Shown one piece after another: positions 12,477 to 22,921 of a stretch of 64,000 bases of DNA. The notes below the pieces were generated by a model, which did not search any database, had not been told where the DNA came from, and worked only from the letters and a program-made list of their open reading frames with translations. The DNA is taken from NCBI GenBank assembly GCA_000002445.1, contig CH464491.1:864001-928000 (forward strand), read 5' to 3'. This stretch comes from Trypanosoma brucei (taxonomy: Eukaryota). Position numbers and translations under genes: made by a program. Position 1 is the first letter of the stretch. Each line of letters starts with the position of its first letter.

Positions 12477-13730
12477 CTAAAACTTGCAAGCTTCCAAAGA
12501 GTGCACTATTGCTCCCATACGGGTGTACCAGTCCATCCACTCATTCGGTTCCTCCGTAGGGTTGGGCTCGTGGAGGACAAACAAACGTTCAGAGTAGTCC
12601 TCGAAGCCTACAGGGAAGAATACATGCTCCGATGCGAGGCCACCGCATGGAAGCCGAAGCGATGGGTTGGATTCAATCAAGGTCGGGATGTGAACTGTAG
12701 GAAGAGAGGAATACTCAACCGTGTACCCCAGCATATACCACAAAACCTCCGTGGAGGTCACTATTGTCCAGCAGGTGTGGCATTCGCTGCATAGAGCAAC
12801 ATGGCCATACTCTGTCATCACGCGCAAGTTGTTACACCGAATGCGGCGGATATTGGAATCTTCGGGGGTTGTGCGAAGCGCGCGCACCAGCTGCAGCACA
12901 TTCAACGCCAAGGGCCCACGAAAGGGAGGTGAAACATCCTTCAACACTGATGGTGCGGCCGAAATATCGTATAGTTTGGACTTCAGAAGCAACCCTTCAT
13001 GCTCCGCCTCGCGACGTTGGATCTCCGCAAACCACTTGGCCGCCTCTCTTTCATCAAGCATTTGCTGAACGGCATTTTTTTCACTTTTCCTTTCCATCAT
13101 TAAAGCTGCCCGGGCCCGCTTCTCCTCGGCAGCACAAACATCACGACTCTCTACCTCCATCCGCACCAGGTCCACGACGTTACCTGCCAGGCGTTTCTGC
13201 CACGCTTCCGTTTGCGCCAGTCTCAACACATGTTCATCATACAAGTCCTCGACCCAAGCAAGTGGTGGGCATTCCTCATAATTCAAGTTTTCTTCTGAAA
13301 GTATTAGTCCGCTTGCGGAAGTGTCAAACAGAGAACCTACAACGGTGCAAAAGTCTTCAAAGAGTTGCTCAATTGCTACGCACATCCGTTCATTGTATAT
13401 TTGCTTGTCGGGGTCCTTTTCCCGACCCTTGTGCAGAATCTTCACCACACGAGGACGGCAATTCGTTATTAAGGTTTGAACCGACACTGCCTGCGAGTGC
13501 AGAGCAACTACATCTCCTCTGTCATCATCCTTGAAGGCGTCAATGAGCACGGCGGTCTCCTGCTTCAGTTGATCCACAAGGGCGCAAAGTTTCTTGTACT
13601 CAGTCATTCCAGGGAAGAGCCACACCCCTCTGCAACCGAGTGAGAACAGCAAAAACTTCCCTCTCCCCTTTCGACTCGAGAGAATGAGCAGAATGATAAA
13701 GTTTGACAGCACCAATGTCGCGTGAAGCAT
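12477..13730 (-). CDS. Hypothetical protein with central coiled-coil/charged region and Cys/His-containing C-terminal domain. Alternative start at 13607 gives 376 aa
   Basis: ATG at 13728-13730. The first 41 codons encode only L/F/S/I-rich sequence (pyrimidine-rich on the coding strand) and may be a 5' UTR/polypyrimidine tract. An in-frame ATG at 13605-13607 (MTEYKK...) is the more likely start. No family recognised. Confidence 0.5.
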   Translation of the reverse strand: MLHATLVLSNFIILLILSSRKGRGKFLLFSLGCRGVWLFPGMTEYKKLCALVDQLKQETAVLIDAFKDDDRGDVVALHSQAVSVQTLITNCRPRVVKILHKGREKDPDKQIYNERMCVAIEQLFEDFCTVVGSLFDTSASGLILSEENLNYEECPPLAWVEDLYDEHVLRLAQTEAWQKRLAGNVVDLVRMEVESRDVCAAEEKRARAALMMERKSEKNAVQQMLDEREAAKWFAEIQRREAEHEGLLLKSKLYDISAAPSVLKDVSPPFRGPLALNVLQLVRALRTTPEDSNIRRIRCNNLRVMTEYGHVALCSECHTCWTIVTSTEVLWYMLGYTVEYSSLPTVHIPTLIESNPSLRLPCGGLASEHVFFPVGFEDYSERLFVLHEPNPTEEPNEWMDWYTRMGAIVHSLEACKF

Positions 13731-13851
13731 GATGACGACGAAAGTATAAACTTTGGAACACGTAACATAGCGAAAAAAAATAATAAGTCGAGTATGGCAC
13801 TCTACATGCCCAACAATGCCAACAAATCTGCCTCGCTTAGTTACATTTTAT

Positions 13852-15024
13852 TTAAAAGTCGGGGGAACAACCAGAGCCCAACTGCAGTTGAATCACCTGT
13901 GCCAGACGGTCCACGAAATACTCACTGTTAACTATAGCCTCATATGGATTCACAGCCACAGTGTACCTCACTTCAACATCCTTGTCCAGTATGCTTTTCC
14001 CTGTTTGAGCATCCCTCAAGTCCACAATAGATTTGTCCTCTCCAATCGATATGTTGTCGTCAAAAAACACGTAAAGGCGCGCTTTATCAGGCGTCGGTTC
14101 TGGTATTGTAGCAACCGGAAACACCTTCCCGCCACAGCGGCTTTCCGCTTTCTGTGCCCAATACGGATAATAATCAACAATCCCCGCCACGCCATTAGAC
14201 TTACTGGCGTACTCCACCAGTTGTTCTTCGAGGGCGGAGAAGTTCGTTTGGTAGACAGCGGTACATGACGGCATTTGTCGTAACTGCTTCATCGCATCCG
14301 AGGGAGAAAGTGTCCCCGTGTCCTCAGGATAGACCACCACCGCAGCGGTGTTGGGGCCGTAGCAAAGGAAAAGATCATCCTCATCGCGGAATATGCACCC
14401 CGTCACTTCAGGAACATATGCCTCCTTCAAGCGCTGAAGCATCGGTCCCCGCGGTAAGTGCTTGTGTTTGCCTTGAACAAACTCCCTCCACTCTTGGAGG
14501 ACACTCCCCAGCTCGGTCCCAAATGTCCTGAACAGAAGCGTAAATGGCCAGCTGAGTTCAGAAAGGGTGTTAATAAATTCAAAAAAGGACGGAATGATAA
14601 GCTGGTCGGGTGTTGCGGTCAGGACTGTCCTTTGTTCATCAACATATCGTTTAAAACCTTCGCCCGGTTGCCCGGGGCGTGTAAAGGCACTAAGAATGGA
14701 TCTTCTCTTTGCCGAGACATCCTGCCACAACCGATTTTTCTCAGCTCGAGAAAGATCTTGCATCCCTGGAGGTTCCTTGAATTTTTCATCAATGTACTGG
14801 TCGTACGTGACCAACCCGGTACGATCACCGGCCTGACCAGGGCCCAAAACAGCGGTCCAGCCCTCACCAGAGACGCGCCCCCATACGTTTGCAGCAACAT
14901 TACTATTCATAACATCCTCCATTGTTCGCCCCCCTGCAGAGTCCACCTGAATAATAGTTTTATTGATATCCATGTTTATGACGAGGTGTCTTCGGGGGCA
15001 CTGCTCGAGGAACAGGCGGGACAT
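13852..15024 (-). CDS. Hypothetical protein, 390 aa. Possible HAD-superfamily (5'-nucleotidase-like) fold with a variant motif I
   Basis: The ORF-caller start 15033 is TTG; the first ATG is at 15022-15024. N-terminal hhhhDxNxT (VINMDINKTII) resembles HAD motif I with Asp+2 replaced by Asn. C-terminal LYVFFDDNISIG resembles HAD motif IV (DD). Assignment is tentative. Confidence 0.45.
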   Translation of the reverse strand: MSRLFLEQCPRRHLVINMDINKTIIQVDSAGGRTMEDVMNSNVAANVWGRVSGEGWTAVLGPGQAGDRTGLVTYDQYIDEKFKEPPGMQDLSRAEKNRLWQDVSAKRRSILSAFTRPGQPGEGFKRYVDEQRTVLTATPDQLIIPSFFEFINTLSELSWPFTLLFRTFGTELGSVLQEWREFVQGKHKHLPRGPMLQRLKEAYVPEVTGCIFRDEDDLFLCYGPNTAAVVVYPEDTGTLSPSDAMKQLRQMPSCTAVYQTNFSALEEQLVEYASKSNGVAGIVDYYPYWAQKAESRCGGKVFPVATIPEPTPDKARLYVFFDDNISIGEDKSIVDLRDAQTGKSILDKDVEVRYTVAVNPYEAIVNSEYFVDRLAQVIQLQLGSGCSPDF

Positions 15025-15968
15025 AGCTTTCAAGACTACCGCAGGACAAAAAACAGCGCCTTAAAGAGAATGAGTAAATTAAGGCTTGGAGGCACTACTT
15101 GAAGAAATGAAAAAATGATGCATGGGCGAGGAAATACATCACGCAAACAATAGCCACACATGATCAGCGCTAAAACGCGCTTCTTACATCCAGCAGTCAG
15201 ACAAACACTGTCCGCTGCAGCGCGTTTCGACGGATTCTGGCGACGCACAACAAAAAAGAATGACAAAAAGCTGACGGCTCACACTCATTTTCTGTCACGG
15301 GGAGGTGGGGAACGTCTTGGCGTGCGCATGAGACTACTACCGCTCGAAAAATATATATTCCCCCCTCCTCTCTCAACACGCAGTCACTCCACCCTGCACC
15401 AGCGAGCGGCACTCGAGCTAGTCGTTGCAGTCATTTATGTTTGGTATGATTCAAGACGGCTCCGCACAACCTTTGGGGTATCACCAAACACACGTCGCCG
15501 GGATGCTAACTTCACCCCAGGGTTATAGGCAAAAAAAAAAAAATGAACACCCTCTCAGAAACACCGTATTAACAGGAAACATGAAGGTGTCGGGAATTTC
15601 AAACGAATCACGACATTTGCTTGAACGTAAACACATCGACGGGAACGACTAACAACATCCTTGTGTATGTGACACCTCCTCCTCATCAGATCGCCCCCAG
15701 GTTCAAAACTGTGGCAAGAACGGCCTTGCGGATACAACAGAGAGGGGAATCGTTTTAAACAGACAAGCAGACACGGGTGGTTCAGCTTTCAAGGGAGCAA
15801 TCTCAAACACTGCCCGCGCTGATGTGGGGCGACTGGTGGCTTCGTACACCACACCCATCGAGGACAGACAAAGATCTCAAAACAATGGTCGATCTCTCAA
15901 AGACGCCCCCTCCCTCTCCACACATAATTTCCACACAACAGAAGGGTTCTCAAGGTCATGGAGGAGCG

Positions 15969-16586
15969 CTACCGTATGAAGTAGCGCTGTACGCGCAGGG
16001 GATGAATCTTCGTAATGCGTGGAAATATTTCCAGTAGGTACCACAGGATGTGGCCCACCAAATCAGCCATCACTTCAGTACCAATACCAACTTCACCGAA
16101 CATAACGCTCATCAGAAGGAATACAAGGGGGAGGTATCGCACCTGCACCGTCAAAAGACCAAAAATGCTCGCCTCCTGATGAGGCAGCAGCCGCCCAAAG
16201 AGATACACCAGCGTCTTCGAAAACTGGTTACTGAGGTATGGTGTTTCTATCGCACGAGTGCTTCTGAGGAAAAGTAAAAGCCCTGCCCCAGTAAAGAGGG
16301 TCAGGCAGTAGTCTAGACGCCGTCGGTGGAAGTACTGCAATTCAATGCTGCTGCTCACCATATATAACCAGTGTAACTCGATAATACTACTCAGGTTGAG
16401 AGGGCCAAAGTAAAAGAATGTTGAGACCAGCCGCCAATAATGCTTTTCTTGGAACGCGAGGGTAGGACTGAAAATCATCTGCAGTGGGTGGACGAGGCCG
16501 AATGAAACTAGCACAACCGAGATCACACTAAGACACAGCAGCAGCCTTGTTACTGGCGGTATCTCCCATAGAAAGTTAAAGTCCAT
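15969..16586 (-). CDS. Derlin (Der1-like) ERAD rhomboid pseudoprotease, 205 aa
   Basis: ATG at 16584-16586. N-terminal EIPPVTR motif (Derlin signature Y/F-x-IPP-V/I-TR). Four TM helices. C-terminal LVGHILWYLLEIFP aligns with human Derlin-1 LVGHLYFFLMFRYP. Confidence 0.85.
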   Translation of the reverse strand: MDFNFLWEIPPVTRLLLCLSVISVVLVSFGLVHPLQMIFSPTLAFQEKHYWRLVSTFFYFGPLNLSSIIELHWLYMVSSSIELQYFHRRRLDYCLTLFTGAGLLLFLRSTRAIETPYLSNQFSKTLVYLFGRLLPHQEASIFGLLTVQVRYLPLVFLLMSVMFGEVGIGTEVMADLVGHILWYLLEIFPRITKIHPLRVQRYFIR

Positions 16587-16955
16587 GGCAACAATCAGCC
16601 TGGAAGCGAGATGTTCTCCGGAGATGTCCGTGGGGTCCTCCTAGCTAGTTCCAAAGTAGCAAACATGAAAATGTAGTGAGGGAGATGAAGTTAACGTACG
16701 GAAGGAGCATACGGCACTCATCAACAGAGAATACGGACGTAGGAAAATTAAAGGAGAAAAAACGGGCGAAGGTATCTTCTGGTCACCCGAAGCAAGCACC
16801 CACTATAACTCTTTTCCAGGGAGAACAGGCGGTGCGGGTTGCACATCGCGGGGCGGTCGCTCCCCGGCTTGTTCCTCCCGTACACACCCCGCTGCACGCC
16901 GCACACCGCTTTTTCCACGTCCATCATCCCACAAAAACGGGTCAGAAACACCCCA

Positions 16956-17534
16956 TTACATCTCAAGAACCTTCATTAGCAACAAACCTGAGAGGAGCAT
17001 AAGAGAGGAATTCGCTACTCCAACGATGACACATGTGTTGATGTCCCACTCCGAGTCCGACAAGCTACGGAGATGGTGAATAACCCACAATGATGTCAGC
17101 ATAAATACGCCACTGAACATCATGAAGGCCACTAGTACGCCCACTTCTACGAATCTGCGATCGCGGCAACGCGTAAACGTGAGTGGTGTGCTTGCAAGCA
17201 GCATTAGAGCAGCAAGACACACCTGCCACCTCAGAAGGGTCTGCACGAGAATTCCCTGTTGTCCATAAGTTAATAGGTAGAACGTAACAAGTAACAGTGT
17301 TAGAAGTGACCACAAAGCAGGCCATGAGATGAAAACAAAAGGCAACATATGTTCCCTCCTTGCACTCTGGGGAGCCATTCTCTCTAATTTGCGTATACCA
17401 TCTTCGATGAAGGCATCATACTTCCTTTCCAGGTACTGAAGTGACTCAAACTCTCCGGGTGATAAGTTACCGCAGTCCCTCGCAGCTCGAAGGGTGTCCA
17501 ACTGGTACTCATCTTCTCGGGTAAAGTCACCCAT
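16956..17534 (-). CDS. Hypothetical small multi-pass membrane protein (about 192 aa)
   Basis: The ORF-caller start 17591 is GTG; the first ATG is at 17532-17534 (MGDFTRED...). Soluble N-terminal 70 aa followed by 3-4 hydrophobic helices. No family recognised. Confidence 0.45.
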   Translation of the reverse strand: MGDFTREDEYQLDTLRAARDCGNLSPGEFESLQYLERKYDAFIEDGIRKLERMAPQSARREHMLPFVFISWPALWSLLTLLLVTFYLLTYGQQGILVQTLLRWQVCLAALMLLASTPLTFTRCRDRRFVEVGVLVAFMMFSGVFMLTSLWVIHHLRSLSDSEWDINTCVIVGVANSSLMLLSGLLLMKVLEM

Positions 17535-17968
17535 CACATTCACATGTGATATATTAACCAACAATGCAGTCTTGGATGTACGAAACGCCACGCAGGGCCT
17601 TCCACTCCCTTCCTACCGAAACCCCACGGTACAAATTAAAAATAAGGAAGGTAAAGCACAGAAAAATGTAAGCAGTGCTATTAAAAGGCCACAGGTCAAA
17701 GTATCAACCTTATACCTGTAAAAGGTGCATTCCTCCTTGGCAGTCTTAGGGCTCCACGGGAGCTTACATGGACGTTAAAACCTCTGGTGGCATCGTCACG
17801 GGACAAAAAAAATGGGAAACTACTTTGGTAGCACAATCCCGTTCCCGCTAACAGCCCCCACGTCAGCCTATCCTCACGCTCATTTTTACGAACAAAGAGT
17901 AAAAAAGTGTAGAACCTGGCCAGCAAAAGAGGTGCTTCTGCCGCCAACGTTCGTCACATGGAGTCCGC

Positions 17969-20900
17969 TCACGTCGATTCCAACGACGCCTCATCATCAC
18001 TATTCTCCCCGTTCCGCGATGCAGCTTCGTCCTGGGACTCAGTCGTCTCTTCCTCCCCCATCGTCCACGTATCACTTCCGTCGCCACCGCCATCCACCTC
18101 GGCAGAATCCGAGTCACTCGTTGTTTCTGTGTTGCTGTAATACTCCGGGGAGTCGGAAGCGCTTGCCCATTCATAAGAATCGCTGTCATCTTCACCATCA
18201 TCGTCATCTTCGTCATAACCTCCAGACCAAGAACCGTTGTTTCCTACCTCGTCATCGTCATCGCTCTCCGCAAGACCTGCCCCACTATCATTACTCCGAT
18301 CGTTTTGTGGGAGCGAGAACGCTTGTTGACCAGGTAGCGGGCCGGAGGATGTTGAGAACACACGCACTACGGCTGCTGCGTCACCATCGAGAATCGCAGC
18401 ACAGTAACGGTCCGATGGTTCAATGGCAAAGGCTCTGAAGGCTGGGCGCACTTCTGTTGAAAACACGGTCTCAAATGTGTAACTATCAACCACTGAAAGA
18501 ACTGGTGTAGCCGTGTGAGACAACGCAGATGCTTCGCGAAAGCTATAAATCACACGTCTAAAAGGGCTGGTGTAGAAACTGCTGCTGTTCCTGAAGGAAG
18601 GTACGGTCTGCAGTATGGACAGGGTCCGCAAATCCCATACCTTTTCATCAATCATCACAAGGGGGTTGAACGGATGAAAAATATTGCAAAAGGAGTTGGT
18701 AAAACGGTCAAAACGACAGATGGGTCTGTCACCGCACCGAACATCCCACAGAACAGCGTCACTGAGAACAAGCTGAGAGAACTGGTCAAAGGTGGCTACG
18801 TTGTCAACGTTTTCCCCAACCCACGACGGATCGCTAAAATGACGCACCTCACATTGCGCCCTGAGGTCGTAAAGACGGCAGGTGTGCTCCTCGTCACACG
18901 TTGCTAACAAATATGTGTTACAACAAGAGAACATGGCCGCACGGCTATCCTCAACCTGGTACTTCACCGCAGGAAGCTCATTACGACCCATCACAGCTAC
19001 CTTGTGCTCCGCGTTTACCAACCCCAGTAAGGCACTATCGTCAGACACGTAAATTCCAACGACACTACCGTTATCGAAGGCCAAGTGCTGTTCTGACAAC
19101 TTGTCGTCCGTGGAATCATCTGGGAACGTGTCAAACAGAGCAATCCCGCCTTCAGAGGTTCCCACAACTAGTGTCTCCCCACCATCGCAAAAGGCCACAC
19201 TATCGCCCTGAAGTTCATCTCCACTCCCCGTTATGTCGAATAAATAACCCGGGTTACGGTACGTAAAGTGGTTTTCGTTCGTCCTTGTGCGTAGTGAGAA
19301 ATCTAATCCCATCTTTTGCACCAAGCGCCTGTTAAACGCGTTTCGCGTTTGATCAACAGGGGCATCCAGTGGGTAGTAAACATGGCCCTTCCGCAAATCA
19401 AATTGAGGCAAGGTTGTAATGGGATTGGTGCACTTCTCATGCTGTTGTCTCAGGTAAGAGCGCACAATGCCATCAAGGGTGGGTGCCCCGATGGGGGACA
19501 GTGCCATATCGGGCGAGGCATTCGCCGAATGTTGTGCCATTGCGATGTCACACGAAAGAGGAGCGTCACGCCGAAGGGCTGAAGCCGCATTCAGCAACCC
19601 CTCCGTCTCTAAGTGGCGGCAAATCAGCTCCAACAGTGATTCACGCGAATAACTTATGTGAGATCGAGCGATGACAGCCTGGCGTTGCTCCAACTCGACG
19701 GGGTCCACAGAAACGGACGGAGTGGTCCTATTCGTCTCATCGAAGAGAAAGCACTTGATGTTCTCCATAAACCGACCTGTTGCGTGCACCTCGCTCGCCA
19801 CATAGCGCGGCCCCATCATGGTTAAGTACTCCTTTTGAATATCTCCATATTGGGTCATAAGCTCCCGCGCCACTGAGCCAACCCCTAGAGCATCAAAGAG
19901 AAGACGTGTATCAGCATACCGTCGAAGGGTAACCATCAGTTGCAGTGCCCGTGCGACCACGGGAAACAACTGCAGCTTAACCGACATTGCCGGATCCTTC
20001 CGAACTTTCAAAACCTCCAACAGCGTACGAACGCCGTCGTTTGCTCGGATCATACCACAAACGCGGTTAAAGGTGGCCACACAAACATCGTCGTTTTTGT
20101 CAGCGGGTAATCTCGTTAAATTCAACAGTATCTGCAACGAAGTAGCAACACACGGAATGAGATGGGACTCCCTAGAGGCGTTTCCGTTTTGGAACGCCGA
20201 TGTTAATTCACTCACTATCATAATCAAGTGCGCAACCCCCGATTCAGGGTACTGAGCATCGGCAACCAAGGGTCGGAAGAAGGGTACAACTACCAAAACA
20301 CAAAGCACATTTAGCGATGCGGCAAGTAAGTCCCATCGACCCTGTGTGAAGTAGAACTGCGCACAACGTAGCAGTATCTGGTGAAAATTATTATCCGCGA
20401 AGAAACGAAATGCAGCAAGCCTATCTCGAGTAAGCAGGCTTTGGATTGTTTCGGTAGATATATCCGGAATAGTGGCAGAAGGGGCCGACAAATAACCGAG
20501 AACCGATTCCACGGTGGCAGGGTCTCGGGGCAGTGACCTCTCTGGTGCAGAATCGGTCACTAAAACCGATAAAAATCTGTGCTTCCGGAATATGACCCTC
20601 GTGGCCAACATCAGATGAGAAATCAAGTAAACGTAGGCGCACTTTAACGCCGCCAATGTTACTCCTGGACAAATAACATCAAACTGTTCTTCCGAACTCT
20701 GTAACAGCCGCTCTATTAAGCCAAGTGTTGCTTGGGGCCCTTGATGCGCGTCAAAAAAGGTAACAACATAAGGGAAACTCAAAGCAAGGAAAAGGAAGCC
20801 TCCCGCGCTGCCTTGTACGTCGTGACTCGAGGCAACTTTCCACTGATGCAGAATGAAGTTCAATATCGGCTCGAAGTATTCACCATGGTTTCGAAGCAGG

Positions 20901-22921
20901 TTCTCAAACACCGCAGCTCTAGCTAATTGAGACAGCACGATGCAGCACCCATACATTGTCACTGGATCTAAACGGCCATCAGTTAACTTTATGATCTGCT
21001 TCAAACCTCCCAGTTCTAGGAAAATCAAAGCGAGTTTCTTGTGGGTAAACAAAGAGTTTAGAACCCAACCAACCCTACCCACCAACTCCCGCATTTTTCG
21101 GTAATGGCTCTTAGTTGTTTGTAGTTCAGCACTCCAGTTCAAACGAACTTCAAGTAATTCGCGTTCGTCCGCGTTCATTTCCACATTGTCCTCTGATAAG
21201 ACGAACCCCAATGTTTTTTTCTCCTCCGTTTCCACAGCTGCAGTAGCTGCATCCAAATCGACTCGACTCAATACGTAGAACATGGATTCCACTGTTTGGA
21301 ACTGGAGAGCAGGTAGAACTGTCTCTCGTTGGTGACAAAGTGCTCCCACGACGGCGCAACACAACATAAACTCTTCCATCTTGAAGTCAATGTTTTCTGG
21401 CATCAGGGTCTGAATATTCAAAAAATGATCCCACGGAACAACTTGATCGTTTGGACCCTTGTACTTGTAGCGGAAGAATCGGTCCCCCTCACTCTCGTGA
21501 GGGGGACAGTCGACACTCCTTATCCAACGAACAACCACTTCCTCTGCCGTAGTTACCTCCACAACCTCACCAAAATCGCATTTTTTCCCTTGGTCATTGA
21601 AGCACCACATAGGACCGCGACCTACCCTGTCACCCCTTCGTGGCTGCCAAAAATCTGGTAACTTCCGAAAACGGGGTGATTCCTCTCCTGTTTCGAACTT
21701 CCTCTTTTTGTGGGGCCTAGATATCAGATCATCTCCTCCCCCTTGATTAAATTCTGCCAGGGCAGATTCATGTTCCACCTCTTTTATAGGTATGGTTGAC
21801 CTATCAAACATTGGAGATGAAGAGGCTTGCTCAGATCCCGCAAACTGCGAATGTGAAGAAAGGGACATCTGCTTTGATTGGGGCAACACTTGTTGCGCTT
21901 CCTTCACGCATGGCACCCCTACGGAGCTCCCAGCAGCAACTTCGGGTGACGTCTTACGTGAGAGCGTGGGAGAATTCAGCTCACTCCTGATAACGGCAGA
22001 GTAGTGTCTGAAGGGGGATCGACTCCATCTTTGTGAGGGAGATATCCCATTGTTTTCAGGATAACCAAATATCCGGTGAACCAGATGTCGCAATCTCTGA
22101 AGCAAAACCCGCGGCAACTGTTGACTAAGTGCCTCACCTACCGCTTGGTCATCCTCTTCAAGCCTGCTAAACACCAGAGAGAGGGCAATAAGCCGTTTTT
22201 GTCTCTTCTTCTCTCCTATGATAACTTTACAGAGATCTTGTATAGGTGTAGAGTCAAAAAAATTTCCCCGTGATCCCTCCACCAGCAAAAACGCCGTATA
22301 AGTGGCGATACTTTGTGTCCTCACCACACTTTTATAAAGGATTGGCTCACTCTGAATTGATCTTCCCTCAGATCTCGACAACAAATCATCCCGTTCCACA
22401 TTAAAATTAATCATTTCTCCCATGTATTCACAAAAGGGTGCATTATTGCAAACCGTTTTGATAAGAGACTCAAAAGGCGCGCGATCCTGTAGACTCATCG
22501 TGCTAGCATAAACGTCAGTACAACGTTTATACTCATCATGAAGAATTTTCGCTAATTGACCCCACAGAAAAAGTTCAAGATTTATGTACTCTTGTAGCAG
22601 GGTCAGTGTTTGTTTGTCACCGCTTTCGGTGTCTATTGTTTCTCCCTGTGACTCGGGGGAAGTATTCCTTGCCTGAGCCCTAAGTCTTTCTTTTAGCATT
22701 TTAATCTGCTTCTGGGCCTTCGTGAGACGTCGCATGATGTGTTTGAGTGTACCGACTAATTCGGCTGACACAATGATGTCATCTTCGAAGTTTTCCTCCC
22801 CGCTCCGCTCTGCAAGCTCATTGAGAACATTAAACGACATATTATTTGCAGCATCGTCTACCGATAAAGTCGTAAAGTGGTCAGTGCCATCTGCAAGACG
22901 ACTCCCTTGCAGATTTTCCAT
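17969..22921 (-). CDS. Large (about 1650 aa) DCAF1/VprBP-like protein: helical (ARM/HEAT-like) N-terminal region, LisH motif, WD40-like beta-propeller, acidic Asp/Glu/Ser C-terminal tail. Candidate CRL4 (DDB1-CUL4) substrate receptor
   Basis: The ORF-caller start 23035 is TTG; the first ATG is at 22919-22921 (MENLQGSRL...). LisH-like motif SRESLLELICRHLETEGLLNAASALRRDA (about nt 19570-19665). WD-like repeats from about nt 18440-19400 (e.g. TCRLYDLRA, VLWDVRCGD, KVWDLRTL). Last 95 aa about 50% D/E/S (about 17972-18260). The domain order matches metazoan DCAF1. Confidence 0.6.
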   Translation of the reverse strand: MENLQGSRLADGTDHFTTLSVDDAANNMSFNVLNELAERSGEENFEDDIIVSAELVGTLKHIMRRLTKAQKQIKMLKERLRAQARNTSPESQGETIDTESGDKQTLTLLQEYINLELFLWGQLAKILHDEYKRCTDVYASTMSLQDRAPFESLIKTVCNNAPFCEYMGEMINFNVERDDLLSRSEGRSIQSEPILYKSVVRTQSIATYTAFLLVEGSRGNFFDSTPIQDLCKVIIGEKKRQKRLIALSLVFSRLEEDDQAVGEALSQQLPRVLLQRLRHLVHRIFGYPENNGISPSQRWSRSPFRHYSAVIRSELNSPTLSRKTSPEVAAGSSVGVPCVKEAQQVLPQSKQMSLSSHSQFAGSEQASSSPMFDRSTIPIKEVEHESALAEFNQGGGDDLISRPHKKRKFETGEESPRFRKLPDFWQPRRGDRVGRGPMWCFNDQGKKCDFGEVVEVTTAEEVVVRWIRSVDCPPHESEGDRFFRYKYKGPNDQVVPWDHFLNIQTLMPENIDFKMEEFMLCCAVVGALCHQRETVLPALQFQTVESMFYVLSRVDLDAATAAVETEEKKTLGFVLSEDNVEMNADERELLEVRLNWSAELQTTKSHYRKMRELVGRVGWVLNSLFTHKKLALIFLELGGLKQIIKLTDGRLDPVTMYGCCIVLSQLARAAVFENLLRNHGEYFEPILNFILHQWKVASSHDVQGSAGGFLFLALSFPYVVTFFDAHQGPQATLGLIERLLQSSEEQFDVICPGVTLAALKCAYVYLISHLMLATRVIFRKHRFLSVLVTDSAPERSLPRDPATVESVLGYLSAPSATIPDISTETIQSLLTRDRLAAFRFFADNNFHQILLRCAQFYFTQGRWDLLAASLNVLCVLVVVPFFRPLVADAQYPESGVAHLIMIVSELTSAFQNGNASRESHLIPCVATSLQILLNLTRLPADKNDDVCVATFNRVCGMIRANDGVRTLLEVLKVRKDPAMSVKLQLFPVVARALQLMVTLRRYADTRLLFDALGVGSVARELMTQYGDIQKEYLTMMGPRYVASEVHATGRFMENIKCFLFDETNRTTPSVSVDPVELEQRQAVIARSHISYSRESLLELICRHLETEGLLNAASALRRDAPLSCDIAMAQHSANASPDMALSPIGAPTLDGIVRSYLRQQHEKCTNPITTLPQFDLRKGHVYYPLDAPVDQTRNAFNRRLVQKMGLDFSLRTRTNENHFTYRNPGYLFDITGSGDELQGDSVAFCDGGETLVVGTSEGGIALFDTFPDDSTDDKLSEQHLAFDNGSVVGIYVSDDSALLGLVNAEHKVAVMGRNELPAVKYQVEDSRAAMFSCCNTYLLATCDEEHTCRLYDLRAQCEVRHFSDPSWVGENVDNVATFDQFSQLVLSDAVLWDVRCGDRPICRFDRFTNSFCNIFHPFNPLVMIDEKVWDLRTLSILQTVPSFRNSSSFYTSPFRRVIYSFREASALSHTATPVLSVVDSYTFETVFSTEVRPAFRAFAIEPSDRYCAAILDGDAAAVVRVFSTSSGPLPGQQAFSLPQNDRSNDSGAGLAESDDDDEVGNNGSWSGGYDEDDDDGEDDSDSYEWASASDSPEYYSNTETTSDSDSAEVDGGGDGSDTWTMGEEETTESQDEAASRNGENSDDEASLEST

